From positions 1 to 10,837 of the IMG/VR virus record IMGVR_UViG_2724679236_000003: a DNA stretch of 10,837 nt, one strand, 5' to 3'. How positions within the stretch are numbered: the stretch's first letter is position 1; each line of letters starts with the position of its first letter. The translations under genes were made by a program, and so were the position numbers. This DNA is from a virus (Duplodnaviria; Heunggongvirae; Uroviricota; Caudoviricetes). The notes under the pieces were generated by a model. That model saw only the letters and a list, made by a program, of their open reading frames with translations. It was not told where the DNA came from and did no database searches. Positions 7,903 to 10,837 of this stretch are shown here, piece after piece.

Positions 7903-8596
7903 CCGGGACTGCAGTGTTTCCCGGACATCATCCGGTAGATGGCTGTAGGGGTTGCCATCCACCTTATGGCTGCCGCTGTAAATCAGCGTGATTTCCACAC
8001 CCTGTTTCTCCAGCGCAGCACCGTAATTACTGTGAGCCATCATGACGCCGATGGAGCCTGTCCGGGCGGTCTGCGTGACCAGACGCCGGGAGGCGGCGCT
8101 GGCAAGCAGCTGCCCTGCACTGCAGTTCATGTCATTGGCCAGCGCCCATACCGGCTTTATGTCACGCACACGGGCGATGATGTCAGCGCAGTCAAATGCC
8201 CCTGCCACCATCCCGCCTGGCGTATCCATATCGAGCAGAATGCCGTCCACCATCGGGTCGCTGGCAGCCTGTTGCAGACGGGCGATAATGCCGTTGTAAC
8301 CGGTCATCCCCGAATACGGCTGCAGCGCCCGCGTCCGGCTGACCAGCGTGCCGGACACCGGCAGCACGGCGATGCCGTTCATGACCTGATAACTGCGGGC
8401 CTGTCGTGGTCCGTCATCATCACCGGATAACGCCAGCGTCGCGGGTGCCTCCGGGGCAGTCAGGCTGTCACCGGACACCGCATCCGTCAGGCGGCTGATC
8501 CCAAGCTGGCCTGCAAGCGCACAAAAGAAAACCCGCGCATAGGCGGGTTCAAGCATCAGCGGCTCATTAAAGGCCATGCTGGCAATATGCGGGAGA

Positions 8597-8616
<20 letters not shown>
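7285..8616 (-). CDS. C: Head maturation protease / minor capsid protein gpC (S49-family peptidase)
   Basis: GTG at 8616..8614 preceded by AGGAGGAG (rc of 8621-8628); translates (M)TAELRNLPHIASMAFNEPLMLEPAYARVFF..., matching the lambda gpC N-terminus as recalled. It overlaps the 3' end of B by 20 nt, as in lambda. The ORF-track ATG at 8748 would add 44 residues inside B and is not supported. Confidence 0.85.

Positions 8617-10837
<2,221 letters not shown>

Overview
The whole window is one contiguous, minus-strand block of a phage-lambda-type late morphogenesis operon, with no gaps or inserted cargo. Reading 5'->3' on the minus strand (high to low coordinates): the 3' end of terminase large subunit A (truncated by the window end), W, portal B, protease C with nested scaffold Nu3, decoration D, major capsid E, FI, FII, Z, U, major tail V, G and the G-T frameshift product, and most of tape-measure H (running off the window start). 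Gene order, overlaps and spacing match lambda as I recall it; the proteins are close to but apparently not identical with lambda, so this is most likely a lambdoid prophage or phage from an enterobacterial host. I found no tRNA, rRNA, CRISPR array, IS element or non-lambda 'moron' gene, and honestly no evidence of a previously undescribed system. The points worth a second look are small-scale: H is intact but absent from the ORF track, the G-T slippery heptamer, two terminator-like hairpins bracketing E, and GTG starts on C and FII. All plus-strand ORFs in the track are antisense to these genes and I regard them as spurious.
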